Shown in pieces: positions 50,401-62,770 of a stretch of DNA of 64,000 nt. The position numbers and the translations under genes were made by a program. Below the pieces are notes generated by a model. That model had not been told where the DNA came from and ran no database searches. It saw nothing but the letters and a program-made list of their open reading frames with translations. Position 1 is the first letter of the stretch. Every line of letters begins with the position of its first letter. Where the stretch lies: contig NW_024704742.1 of assembly GCF_018977255.1 (NCBI RefSeq), forward strand, positions 134,046,001 to 134,110,000. The letters run 5' to 3'. The stretch comes from Callorhinchus milii (lineage: Eukaryota).

Positions 50401-53400
50401 ACAGCCGTGGATTGAAAATGACCAATTTATTATTGTTTTTTTTTGTTTTTTGGATGGTTTATTATTAGGCGTGTGGAGTAAGGAAACTTGCCCAAGGTTT
50501 ATTATTCAGGTTATTAATAATTTGCTTCCGAATAATTTGCTTCTGGCTGTCAATGAGTTATTAATATATTGATGAAAGTATAATAATACAATAATTATTA
50601 TAATTGTTGTATTATTATATAATTATTAATAATTATTAATCATGTTAATAAGTAGCCTGGGATAACCTTGTGGCGTGCACCCCAGCTGCACTAAATATAA
50701 TTCAGGTTAGAAACAGAGCTACTCCCAGGACCTATAATCCTGATTAATGTTCCAGATTCCCAAAGACTATTCACCAAACACCAATCCACCCGATACAACG
50801 TTACGGCGTTTCTCTCCTAAAACTCTGCACTTTATAGTGTGTGTCTACACTATTTGTCTTAATTAGCCATTCATCTGGGAGGAAAGTGATCTTCCCTGTC
50901 TCTCTGTCTTCTTACTTGTTCTCTCCCCCCTATCTCTATCTGTCTTTTTTTTCCTGTTTCTCTCCCCATTCTCTCTCTCTCTCTCTTCTTCCCCCCTCGA
51001 CCACCAACCCCCCCACCCTCTTCTTCCCCACTCCCCTCACCCTCCACTCTCTCTCTCTCTCCCCCCACCAACCTCAAGCCAGGGTTCAAAACTTGAAATT
51101 ATTTTTCTTTAAAGTAAATAGTGCTACAAATAACTTGAGGGAACTTGTCTTAATTAGCACTTTTACTGAGCCTGGAGACTTGTAAACGATTGGAACTAAG
51201 TCTTATTTCTCCCTCCAACTTCGCAAATGGCAAAAAAAAAACTTATTGTTCCTGGAATTCAAATAAGTTTGTTTTATATTTGTCCGATCTGTTCTCAAGT
51301 TGTTGGTTGGTCGAATGACAAAAATAGGAAGAGACTAGAGAATAAGAGGCAAATCTTTAAAGTGGGTTGATAAATTGCCTAAACTGTTAGTATCAGTCAC
51401 ATTAAGGTTGATTTGCGTAAATGCGGATCAAGGAATTACAACTAAACCGGACACAATAGAGCTAATGTGATTAAGGTTTTAAATTGGGGGCTTTGAGATA
51501 CTCTCCCTTACTGGCTTGTGGTTCAGGTCAGTCTCATCAATAATAGCTGTTGGTTCAGAATTGGGGGTTGAGAAGGGGGAAACCCGGTGTATTGCTGGAT
51601 GAGAAAAATCCCCCTCCTTTCACCTGCATCTCAATAGTAACTTATACTGTGCAGAAGTGGCATTGCTAATAATAATAATCTTTTCACTTGATATAGCACC
51701 TAATCACTTCCTTGAGGCCTCTCAAAGCACTTCACAGAATATACATTAAAGTGAATTGACTGTATATTTTGGGGGCGAAACACAGCAGCCAATTGTGCAC
51801 AGCAATGTCCCACAAACAGTCATGGATTGAGTGATCGATTTATTATTTTGCGGATGAAGCATTGTCGGATGTAAGAATCTCATTTACCCAACTCAGCTTC
51901 CCGATAGGAAGGGTTTCTCTGTAAGGTATATGAAGCGGGATAAAGTTTTTAAAAACATAAATGTGAAATCCGTCAACCAATTTTATGCCGTTGCAAATTT
52001 TTCCTTCTTCGGTAATGTTCACCACTACATAGCAAAAATGAGTCATAAGGCAAAGTACGATTTGCATTCATGTGGGGCTTTTTAATGTCTATTTGGAGGA
52101 TGCCCAAAGCGAGAATGAATTTAGCAAAAAATATAGTTTTAAAACCAAAAGGTGTGCCTTTATGTAGTATAGATCAAACCATGTTATTGATTTAAATAAA
52201 TCTGTCACTTTAAAACAACTTTAGAGAGACTCTGTGGAGACTCTAAACTTGCAAGTTTAGTATCAGCTGTTTGGTGGGGTGGGTGGGGGGGACATCTTAA
52301 TGAATGGAGAGAGATCTCGAAGCTGAACATATGAAGAGTTAAAGGAGTCATCATGGATTCAAGAAATCACTATTAACTAATCTGGAGTTTCCCCAAAGCT
52401 GACACTATCTTAGAGGGATTAGTGGTTAGTGCACTCACCTCGCAAACAAGAGGACCGTAGTTCGACTGCAGCCAGGAAGAAGCCTTACTCACGTTTCCTT
52501 ACTCCACACGCCTCTGTTTACCGTGGAACTGTGGAAACTAGCACAACACAAGGTGTCAGCCCGTTTCAGTTGGTAGCACTCTGACCTCTCAATCAGAAGG
52601 ACTTTGACACTGCAGTGATGGGGATACATTGCATTGTTGGAGCCACAGGACTTTGGACAAGATGTTTAGATGAGATCCTGCCCATCTGTTTTGGTGGATG
52701 TTAAAGATCCCACATCACTATTCGAAAAAAGAAGGGAGCTTCTCCTAGTATTCAGCTCAACAATCCCTCGGATAAAATTGGTCGCCATTTGTGGACAAAT
52801 TGACTGCTGTGTTTGCCTACAAAATACACAGTCAATGCACTTTACAGCAAAAATTGCAAAGCGCTTTGAGACATCTGGACGACATAATAAGAGTCTGAAT
52901 GCTTTCTCTCCGTTTGTGAAGATGTGGATTTCTCTGCTCTAGAAAGTTGTAGAGACCGAATCAGCAGTGATGTTTGAAAGAGAGATAGACAGATACTTGG
53001 TTCATAGATATGTTAAGCGGTTTGATACAACAACAACAACAACAACTTTATATAGCGCCCTTCAAGTGGGAGAGGGTCTTGGAGCATTTAATACTGGCGG
53101 AGCCTGATGCCGAGCTGCGGAGAGGAAGAAGGAGACCAAAAGCATAATCAAAAAGGAAGTTCTTCAGTTGTGATCTGAAAGAGTGGAAGGAGGGGGCAAG
53201 GGCAGAGGGATTGGGAAGAGAGGCAAAGTGGCTGATAAGGCAGGACATTGAGATTAAAAGATCAGCCAAGGTGGAACAGGGCTGTGAGCATGTGAAATGC
53301 AGTGCTCTAGAAGGATATAGTTTGCCTTTAAATACACAGTCTCTAGTCCACTCAGCATTTGCATGTGAATCGCTTTGAAACGTTTAAATGTTATGGGCGC

Positions 53401-54072
53401 TACATCAAATGCATGGATTATTATACTGTACTTGCAGAATCATTTGAGGCCTTTAGGCCATTAAGAGATAATGGAAGGTAATCAACAGAGAATTAGGATT
53501 AAAAGACCCCAAACTACTACAGATTCAGCAATGGAGCCCTGTAGCTCAGTTGTAGGCGAGAGACCTGAATTTGATACCCAGTAGGGCGAAATGTTGGGCA
53601 TGTTTCCTTACTCCACACACTTCAGTTTACCTGTAAGTAGGAACCCGATTGTTAGTCGATTGGCGGATCCGGGATAATAATTTCTTAAAAAAAATTAGTC
53701 ACATCAATCCACGACTGTTTGTGGGACACTGCTGTGCGCAATTGGCTTCCGCGTTTCGTCCACAAAATAAACAGTCAATTCACTTTGCAGTATAATCTGT
53801 GAATCGCTTTGAGACGTCTCGAAGATGTGATAAGGTACTATATCAAATGCAAATGCAAGGATTATTATTATCAATGGTGGGACTGATACGATAATGATAA
53901 TCCTTGCATTTGATAGCATCTTATCACCTTGTCGAGATGTCTCAAGGCGCTTCACAGGATTTTACTCTGAAGTCCAGTGAAAGTGTGTTTTGTAGGCAAA
54001 TGTACAGCCAATTTTCACCAAGCAATGTCCTACAAACAGCCATGAAGTGAATGACCTTTTTTTTAAATCAAG

Positions 54073-55216
54073 ACCGAGGCTCTCCTGTCGGGCTCCTGTC
54101 AGCGCCTCCTCACCTCAGGCACTGACAGTATCACCATCCATGGTTGCACACTTCACCTTACTAAGCCAGTCCAGAACCTTGGGGTCTTGTTTGACCCTCA
54201 GCTATCCTTTCTACCCACATCTGCGCCATGACCCGCTCTGCCTTCCCCCACCTCTGCAACATTGCTCGGGTCCGCCACTCTATCACACCGCAGGCTGCCG
54301 AAACTCTCATATATGCATTCATAACATCAAGGTTCGACTATGCAAACTCCTTGCTTATCGGCCTCCCCAACTCCTCCAACCATAGGCTGCAGATCATCAA
54401 GAAATCTGCAGCCCATGTCCTCTCCCACACCAGGCTCCGTGACACATCATCGCACCATCCTCACCCGACTCCACTGGCTTCCCATCACACAGAAGATACA
54501 GTTTAAGATCCTAGTCCTCACCTTCAAAGCCCTCCATGGTCTTGCTCCCCCCTACCTCTGCAACATCCTAATCCTCTACCATCATGTAGCTCAGTAGTTA
54601 GAGCACTCGCTTTGCAAGTGGGAGACCTGAGTTCAATTCCAGGCAGAGGGCGAAACCTCGGGCAAGTTTCCTTACTCCACACAGAGCCTAATAATAATCC
54701 CTCCAAAAACAATAATAAATTGGTCATTTTCAATCTACGACTGTTTGTAGGACATTGCTGTGCGCAATTGGCTGCCGCGTTCGCCCACAAATATACAGTC
54801 AATTCACTTTACAGTGTGTTCTGTGAAGCGCTTTGGGACATCCTCCTGATGTGAAAAGAGCTATATCAAATGCAAGGATTATTATTATTATTATTATTAT
54901 CCTGCCTGCTCCCTCCGCTCTGCAGGCTCCAACCTGCTTCACATCCCTGCCTCACCCACCCCAAAATTGGTGGGCAGGTCTTCTGCCACTCTGCTCCCAC
55001 CCTTTGGAACTCCATCCCTCAGTCCCTCTGCCTCGCCTCCTCCCTCAACACCCTCCTCTTCGACCGTGCGTTTGATCACCCTGCTTCCCCGCCTGCCTTC
55101 CACCCTTCCCAAGCCCAACACCCCAGCTCGGGTCTGAAACACTGACTGTCCAGCACTTTGGGACTTCCTCCCAGCATGAAAAGTGCTTTACAAATGTATT
55201 TTTGTTGTTGTTATTA
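54073..55216 (+). mobile_element. L2-clade LINE 3' portion with a young SINE inserted at 54586-54900
   Basis: Motifs AETLIYAFITSRFDYANSLLIGLP, LHWLPITQKIQFKILVLTFKALHGLAPPYL and SAPTLWNSIP. The tail ends 6 nt before RAX exon 3. Confidence 0.9.
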
Positions 55217-55222
55217 TTTCAG

Positions 55223-55663
55223 GTGTGGTTTCAAAACAGAAGGGCCAAGTGGAGGAGGCAAGAGAAGCTGGAAGCCAGTTCAATGAAGTTTCAAGATTCA
55301 CCCATGCTCTCCTTCAACAGATCTCCTCAGTCTTCCACTATAGGCACCATTAACAATAACCTTGCATTGGATCCCTGGCTCACGTCACCGATAACAAGCA
55401 CAACTACCCTACAGAGCCTTCCTGGATTCATGTCCACCACCCAGGGTCTCCAGAGCAGCTATACTCCACCACCATTCTTGAACTCTCCACCTATGACCCA
55501 CACCTTGCAGCCCATGGGCACAATTGGTTCCCCGACCTTCCAATGCGGACCTCCCTACATGGAAAAGTTCCCTCTCGAAGATGCAGACCAGAGAAACTCC
55601 AGCATAGCTTCCCTGAGAATGAAAGCGAAGGAACACATCCAATTCATTGGGAAAAGCTGGTAG
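55223..55663 (+). CDS. RAX: RAX coding exon 3 (recognition helix, Rx domain, OAR domain)
   Basis: Reads VWFQNRRAKWRRQEK...LALDPWLTSPI...RNSSIASLRMKAKEHIQFIGKSW*. Spliced CDS is 253+242+441=936 nt = 311 aa plus stop. Confidence 0.97.
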   Translation: MWFQNRRAKWRRQEKLEASSMKFQDSPMLSFNRSPQSSTIGTINNNLALDPWLTSPITSTTTLQSLPGFMSTTQGLQSSYTPPPFLNSPPMTHTLQPMGTIGSPTFQCGPPYMEKFPLEDADQRNSSIASLRMKAKEHIQFIGKSW

Positions 55664-57330
55664 ACAATATGACACATTGCGATGGCACTAGTAGAACGAT
55701 ATCAATGATGCCCACAAGCAGTCTTGCCCGCAGATAATCCTGACCAAAGTACAGGAATAGAGAAAGGTTACATTAAATATTAAATTGATGGGAATTATTA
55801 AAGAAACAACTTTGATTTAATTGCATTTATTTTTGTACTGATGTTAATTTTTCATCCTAATTTTGTGTCACATTAGAAAGTAAATAGTAGTTTGCGAATT
55901 TAATATACAGGGTAAATTGTAAATGTAGTATTTCAAAGCCATTTTAATCCCTCCCTCCTCTCCCCCAGTTAATGATTGAGCATTGTATAGTCGGTGGGAT
56001 TGCCATCGATGATAAAGTGAATTGATAGTGAACCACGAAAAATTCAAAACCAAATTGAAAAAACTTTCTTTCTTGAAATGAGTGAATATTAAAAATATTG
56101 AATATTGTAACTAACACCAACACAATGAAAATATACATCAGGTCAGGAGGACATCCCAAGGCACCGGACAGTCAAGGGTTTGCACCCTAGCTGCGGGCTG
56201 GAGTCAAGAGAGGCAGAGGAGGGCAAGGGGGATGGATGGTGGTGGGAAAATGACTGAAGGTGCGGTCGAAGAGAAAGTCTTGATACAGGCCTTGAAGGAG
56301 GCAAGGGATGGGGCAAGGCAATACTACTCGAGCTTGAGAGAGCAAAAGAAGAAAAAAAAATTTATTGGCAAATTTCAGATGTTGATGTGTGTAACGCAAC
56401 AACAAACAACAACAACAAAGTTACAGTTATAGAGCGCCTTTCATGTCAGGAGGACGTATTACACCAAGAAGCACAATTGTGCCACTAGGATTAATTGAAG
56501 GCATGGGTTAAGTTTCGCTGACTTGAATGCAAGGTTTGAGTAACAACAGCCACAATTTCCATTTATATAGCGCCTTTTTCATTGTAAAGGTGTATCAAAG
56601 CACTTCATGAAACTTTACAGAGGTAGGGCAGGGCGGAGCGAGCTGTGGAGTTTTATAAGGGGTTTAGATAAATACCTGAAGAGGAGAAATATAAAAAGGT
56701 GTGGTGGATAGACAGGATGGACTAAATGGCTTGTTTTTTCAAAGCCAGCAAAGGCATGATGGGCCCAATTGGCCTCCTTCTGTGCTATAAATATCTATGG
56801 TTTGGACACTACATTTGTGTAGTCCCAAAATATATTGGTTAGTTTGCGAGCCTCACAAGCAAGAGGGCCCAGGTTCGATTCCTGGGCAGGGCAAGTTTCC
56901 TTCCTCCACACTCCTCTGTTTACCTAGAAGTAAGTAGGAACCCGGTTGTTAGTCGATTGGGAGATCGCTTCTCAGGGGTAATAAAGACCTGTTGTGCGCA
57001 ATGTCACCCACAAAAAATATCCAGTTAATTCACTTTACAGTATATTCTTTGAAGCGCTTTGAGACGTTTCAATGCTATATCAAATCTAAGGATCATTATT
57101 ATTATCCAAAAAAAGCATAGTTCCGTTTACTTTCTCAAAAATAGAGCAAGCACACAGTCACTACACTTTACGGAAACTCAATGAAACTCAGTAAATGTCT
57201 GAGACATTCTGGTGTATGAGCTTCATACCAAATCTAAGGATTATATTGTTTCTTTTCACTCAGTTGAGTTCTTATCTCTGCGGTTGGTAATGTCTGATAC
57301 ACAACTTTGCATCTGCCGCTTGTATGTAAA

Positions 57331-57380
57331 TGTATATATTTATGGGTTTTTTATGATGTGTCTCTATTTCCGATAATAAA
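57331..57380 (+). terminator. Candidate RAX 3' end: Pumilio-type element and poly(A) signal
   Basis: TGTATATA at 57331 and AATAAA at 57375 in a non-repeat U-rich block. Weaker ATTAAA variants occur near 55770-55800. Confidence 0.4.
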
Positions 57381-57961
57381 TCAAATATAACATTTGGTTC
57401 TGTGGATCTGTCTATTTTTGTTTCTTCCAAACTACTTAATTCACTTTGTCTTTGTGAAGCGCTTTCGTTCTGTCCAAAAGCAGGCTGTAAGGACAGACGG
57501 AAAAGGGTTGCGTTTGCCTACAAACACCTCCTCTTCTACCATGCCTTTGGGAACTCTCCTACCCTCTCTGCCCTCCACACTCCCTGATCCTAATCCTCCC
57601 TTGCACGGGTCGAAATCTCTGACTTGGAACGTCCTCCCAATGTGAAAGGCGCTACACAAATGTAATTTTGTATTGTATAAAATACACAGGCACTTCATGC
57701 AATATCAAATGCAATGAATATTATTTATTATATACGTATTCTCTCTTGCTTTTACCCAGTGAGATTCCTATTCTTTATGACTCTGCCTTTCTCTGTTTGC
57801 CTTTCTTTATCTCTGCCTGACCCTAACCTTACACTGTATACAAGTACTGTGCTGTGTAACACTGGCCTTGTGCTACGGGGGAGTTTCCCTGTTCAGTGTA
57901 TGTATATGTGTATTAGGCTGCGGATTACACTACCCACAGCAAGTAGATTTGCATATTGACA

Positions 57962-58500
57962 TAGATTTACAAAGATTGTACAGGACGGAAACATGCCATT
58001 CGACTAAACCAGTCATGCCAGTGTTTATACTCAACACGAGTCTTCACCAACTCCTTACTCCCTCCTTCTATTCCTTTCTCCATTGCGTGTATATCTAGCT
58101 TCCTCTTGGATGCACCTACACTATCTGATTCAACTACTGTTTCAGGCAATGAACTCTATGATCTTACTACCCTCTACAATGAAGTACTGTCAAACTTCTC
58201 AGGGGACTGGGCCAAAGTGGCCTTAATATAAGGGTGGTCTCTGAGCAAGCATTCGATGTGTGTGAACACACACTTCGGGACTGGTTGCTGAATAGAGGTG
58301 GTTGCTTGAACAGATTTGACTGTAGTTTCTCTTAAATTCTCTTTCAGATTCCTAAGTCACTATCTTATACTTTGTGTCCTAGTGATGACGAGCCCAACCA
58401 GTGAAACCACCCTATTTTCGCTACCCTTATCAAACCCTTTTATCATTTTAAACACTTTTATTCAGTCTTCTCTTAAAAATCTCTTCTCTAATGAAAAATG
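57962..58500 (-). mobile_element. Old CR1 3' fragment interrupted by a MITE
   Basis: Degenerate CR1 3'UTR and ORF2 end on the minus strand on both sides of 58187-58322. Confidence 0.6.
58187..58322. mobile_element. Tc1/mariner (Tigger/pogo-like) MITE
   Basis: TA-CTGTCAAACTT ... AGATTTGACTG-TA: imperfect TIRs with a TA duplication, nested in a CR1 relic. Confidence 0.7.
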
Positions 58501-58562
58501 TCCAGTGTTGATCTGCTTCTGCAAAACATCTATACATCTGCATCTACATCTGCAAAACATTT

Positions 58563-58878
58563 GGAGTCCTGTAGCTCAGTGGTTAGAGCACTCGCTTTGT
58601 AAGCGAGAGACCTGAGTTCAATTCCAGGCAGAGGGCGAAACCTTGGGCAAGTTTCCTTACTCCACACACCTAATAATAATCCCTCCAAAACCAAAAACAA
58701 TAATAAATTGGTCATTTTCAATCTACGACTGTTTGTGGGACATTGCTGTGCGCAATTGGCTGCCGCGTTCGCCCACAATTATACAGTCAATTCACTTTAC
58801 AGTGTGTTCTGTGAAGCGCTTTGGGACGTCCTCCCGATGTGAAAAGCGCTATATCAAATGCAAGGATTATTATTATTA
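58563..58878 (+). mobile_element. Full-length young tRNA-Ala SINE (short form)
   Basis: Nearly identical to copies at 10951 and 54586 (+), and 60400-60707 and 63082-63400 (-). Confidence 0.92.
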
Positions 58879-60707
58879 TAGATAAAAAGGGGGAAAGATA
58901 TACCACAGCAACAAACGACAGTGAGAGACACTGTCTCCATGCTATTAATATCCACACCTGCTTTGCGTCTTTAACAACCATGCTGGCAATGCATGCAATT
59001 TTGCACAAGAGCATCACAGGAAATTTTGGTGTAACTGATATCCCAGCCTCAAGTCTACTCCTGCTTTGGAGCCAGATGCAGATAAACTGGCATGTGGTTA
59101 AACGGTGTTAAATTACCTGGAGACGTCCTCCTACGTGAAAGGTGCTACATAAATGTATGTTGTAGTTCTACTGTGTGTATGTGTTTGTATATATCCATAG
59201 ATATAAGCTCTGCAAGGAGTAATAATCCTTCCAAATTTTCGTCACTCAATTCACAACTTTGTGGGACACTGGCTGTGTCGTTTCACCCCCAATATATACA
59301 GTCAATCCACTTTGCAATATATCCTGTTAAGCGTTTTGAGACTTCTCAACGATGTGATAAGGCGCTGCATCAAATGCAAGGCTTATTATTTTTATTTAGT
59401 TTAGATAAATAGCTTGATGTCAAAATAGCTAATAGCAAGAGGCACATCAGCATTCCCACTGCCAAACTCTGTTTAAAGCTGCTGAGAGTTTATTGTAGTT
59501 TAAAAAACATCATCTCTGTTACCGTTTTTGATGGAGCTGAGAATTCTGTAAAGAGCCCCAATTTAGGTGAACTGGGTGCTCTTAACAACCTGGAATCGTG
59601 GTAATTAATGTTTCTTATTATGGGAGTAAAGTGGATCCGATCAGCGATGCATTGTGTGTTGCAGACAGTTCAATGAATTGCTTTTAATGTGCTCCACTCA
59701 TTTGTGGATGGAAGGAAGTGGTGGGGTGTTTGTATGTGTGTGTGTCGAGATAGACAAAGGCTAATGCTTAATTATATTTTCACAATCTGTCTGTATCTCG
59801 AGGTTACTGTCAGAGCAAACATGTCACGCTCATTCATGGGGGCACTGTTGAAAAGCGTGTGTGTATGCGGGAGGAGGGGTTGAAAGGGTCTTTTTTTATG
59901 ACAAATTAGAAACCATTTAGAATCTGTTGTAAGTGGAGGTTTTTGCTGAGCTTCACAAAAACCCATTCATTGGGTCTGATGCATAGGGAATCATAACAAT
60001 TCTGTGTTCACGTCTCCACTGAATTACATTTCTCTCTCTTTCTCTCTCTTCACTGAGCTCCACATCTCTCTCTCTCTCTCTCTCTCTTTCTCCACCGAGC
60101 TCATCTCTCTCTCTATTAAACCCCATATCTTTACTAAGCTTAGAATCATAGAATTTACAGCACAGAAGGAGGCCATTCGGTCCATCGTGTCTGTGCCAGC
60201 TTCATTTCTCTCTCTCTACTGAACTCCATATCTCTTCCTCTTGAGCCCTGTGTCCATATAAACAGGATGGGGCTTAATAACAACCCCTCCCTCAGACACT
60301 AATGATCACTAATGGCACCGGAAGAAGCTCTCTTTGAACCATTTCGCAGGATTTACTGTGTATTTGTGGGCAAACACAACAGCCAATTTTGACACAGCAA
60401 TAATAATAATCCTTGCATTTGATATAGCGCTTTTCACATCGGGAGGACGTCCCAAAACGCTTCACAGAATATACTGTAAAGTGAATTGACTGTATATTTG
60501 TGGGCGAACGCGGCAGCCAATTGCGCACAGCAATGTCCCACAAACAGTCGTAGATTGAAAATGACCAATTTATTATTGTTTTTGGTTTTGGAGGGATTAT
60601 TATTAGGCTCTGTGTGGAGTAAGGAAACTTGCCCAAGGTTTCGCCCTCTGCCTGGAATTGAACTCAGGTCTCTCACTTGCAAAGCGAGTGCTCTAACCAC
60701 TGAGCTA

Positions 60708-61130
60708 TGTCTCCCCAACACATTCCCAATAACTGAACAGATTGATTTCAAGATCCTCTCACTCATTTTCAAATCCCTTCATGCCCTTGCACCTCCCTAC
60801 CTATCCAATTTGCTTACCCCCCCTCCCCCCCACCCCACCACCCCATCCATTGCCTCCGCTCGACTGGCTCCGGCCTCCCTGGTTGTCCCTCGTGCCCTTC
60901 GCTCCACCATCGGTGGCTGTGCTTTCAGCCACTATGCACTCTGGAACACTCTGCCTTGCCCCCTTTCCCTCCCCACTTTCGAATCCCACTTAAAGACCTT
61001 CCTTTTTTATCGTGCTTATGGTCACCTCCCCACTCCCTCTCGTCCTGGCTTGGGGTTAGACTCCGCCACTGTCAAGCCCTCTGGTATGCTACCCCACATG
61101 AAGTGTGGTATATAAATGCAAGTTGTTGTT
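60708..61130 (+). mobile_element. L2-clade LINE 3' fragment
   Basis: Reads PITEQIDFKILSLIFKSLHALAPPYLSNLL..STIGGCAFS..LWNTLP..FESHLKTFLF, with tail TATATAAATGCAAGTTGTTG. Shorter L2 tails lie at about 13445-13635, 17447-17760, 47686-47890 and 53030-53230 (-), and about 62330-62490 (+). Confidence 0.85.
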
Positions 61131-62770
61131 ACTGTCTCTCAAAGAGCCATGAAGTGAATGACCACATTTTATTTGGGGGATTGTTGGTCAGGATACTGGG
61201 AGAGAGAAACTCCCTTCTCTTTTCAAATAGAACCATGGGATCTTTAACACCTACCTGAACAGGTAGACGGGACCTTGGTTTAACATCTCATCTGAAGGAT
61301 GGTAATGCAACACACTTCAAGCACTGCATTGGGGTGTCAGCTTAGATAGACTATGTGATTCTAAGTTCCAATGTGGGGATTGAACCCATCACTTCTGACT
61401 CAGAAGCAAGAGTGCTATCAACTGACGCTGACACTAAATGATAGCCAGGACCAGATCTAACAGGGAGTCTAGAAGGAACGTCTTCCCACAGAGGGTGCTG
61501 AGAATGTGGAACTCGCTGCCGGAAGCTGTGGTTGAAGTAAACAACACCAATGTATTTAAGAGGAAACGTGAATGCAAACACAAGGGAGAAGGGAAGAGAG
61601 ATATATAGGAGAGGGATGGGAAATAGGAGGGTTGGGGGATCATGTGGAGTATATGGACCAGCTCGGTCGACAAAATGGCTTGTTTCCGTACTATAACAAT
61701 CTATATAATAATTAATTCTATTGGGATTAGGTGATGTGCCAATTATTTGTATTTTGCACTCATCCCTCCCCACACCCCACCATTTAAGACAAACAGAGAA
61801 ATAAATTACAATTGAAAATTTGGAATGTAAATATTTAAGTTTGTGGCCAAAATGGATTAAAGAGGAGGTGTGAAATGTTTTCCTTCCCACAAAGGGGGAC
61901 TTTCAACGTAGAATTCTCTGCCACGTACCTCAGCTGAACCACAACCTCAGCTCCTGTTAACTCTGCAAACCAAAAACCTGAGGGATAAAGTGGTCCTTGC
62001 TGAACAAGCAGCAGGAAAGCCAGGCAGTGTTATCAATGACAAGCTATTCGGTTTTAGCTGGTTCGATTCCAGTAGTACTCCAAAGCATACTCTGTGGTTC
62101 CCCCAAGCCTTGGATCTTGCCAACCTGTGCCTAATACTTTCCGGAATGAGGTAAGCAAGATGTGTCCCTCCAGGGTGAGAGAGTGCATTCCATTCCAACA
62201 ATTTATCTCTGGGATTTCCACGTGTAGGTGGGATGCATGGAATTTTCAATTTGGTATGGTTACTCTTAAACATAACGATGGGTTTCCGCATGTGTCAGAT
62301 ACCCAGCTGACCCCCAAAAAACTATCTGCCTTTAAATCCCACCTCAAAACCTACCTCTTCGACTGCTCGTACAGTCACCTCCCCTTTCTCCCTTGCTCAA
62401 TGTCCGACTCCCACCGCCGCCACCCTCCAACTATGAAACTCTCCAGGACATTAAATCCACTTATAAGGGGCGCTATATAAATGCAAGTTGTTAATTTTTG
62501 CACTCATTTTATCCTCAATAAAAAAAAAATTTTAGAGAAAAATTGGAAATTCAGATGAACTCGGGTTTTATTTTTACCCATTCAGCAGACTGGTGTGGGG
62601 GGTGGGGGAGGGGGTGAGGAGAGGGGAGCTCAGACTGACAGACCTTTCACAGAAACGTAAGTTTTTTTTAACAAAGTTGCCCCTTGCATTCATTCACTGG
62701 GTGTTATGCCTTAATAGACTACATGAGTGTATTAATTGTGTACGAGCAGTCAGAATTCATAACTTTCAAA

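Noticed and set aside
51842..51925. YYFADEAL.. resembling a DDE transposase motif
   Set aside because: Stop codon after 27 codons and no other transposase motifs or TIRs.
58563..58640. tRNA-Ala-like sequence (also at 10951, 54586, 62771 and elsewhere)
   Set aside because: The acceptor stem does not close, and each copy continues directly into the SINE body. These are SINE heads, not tRNA genes.
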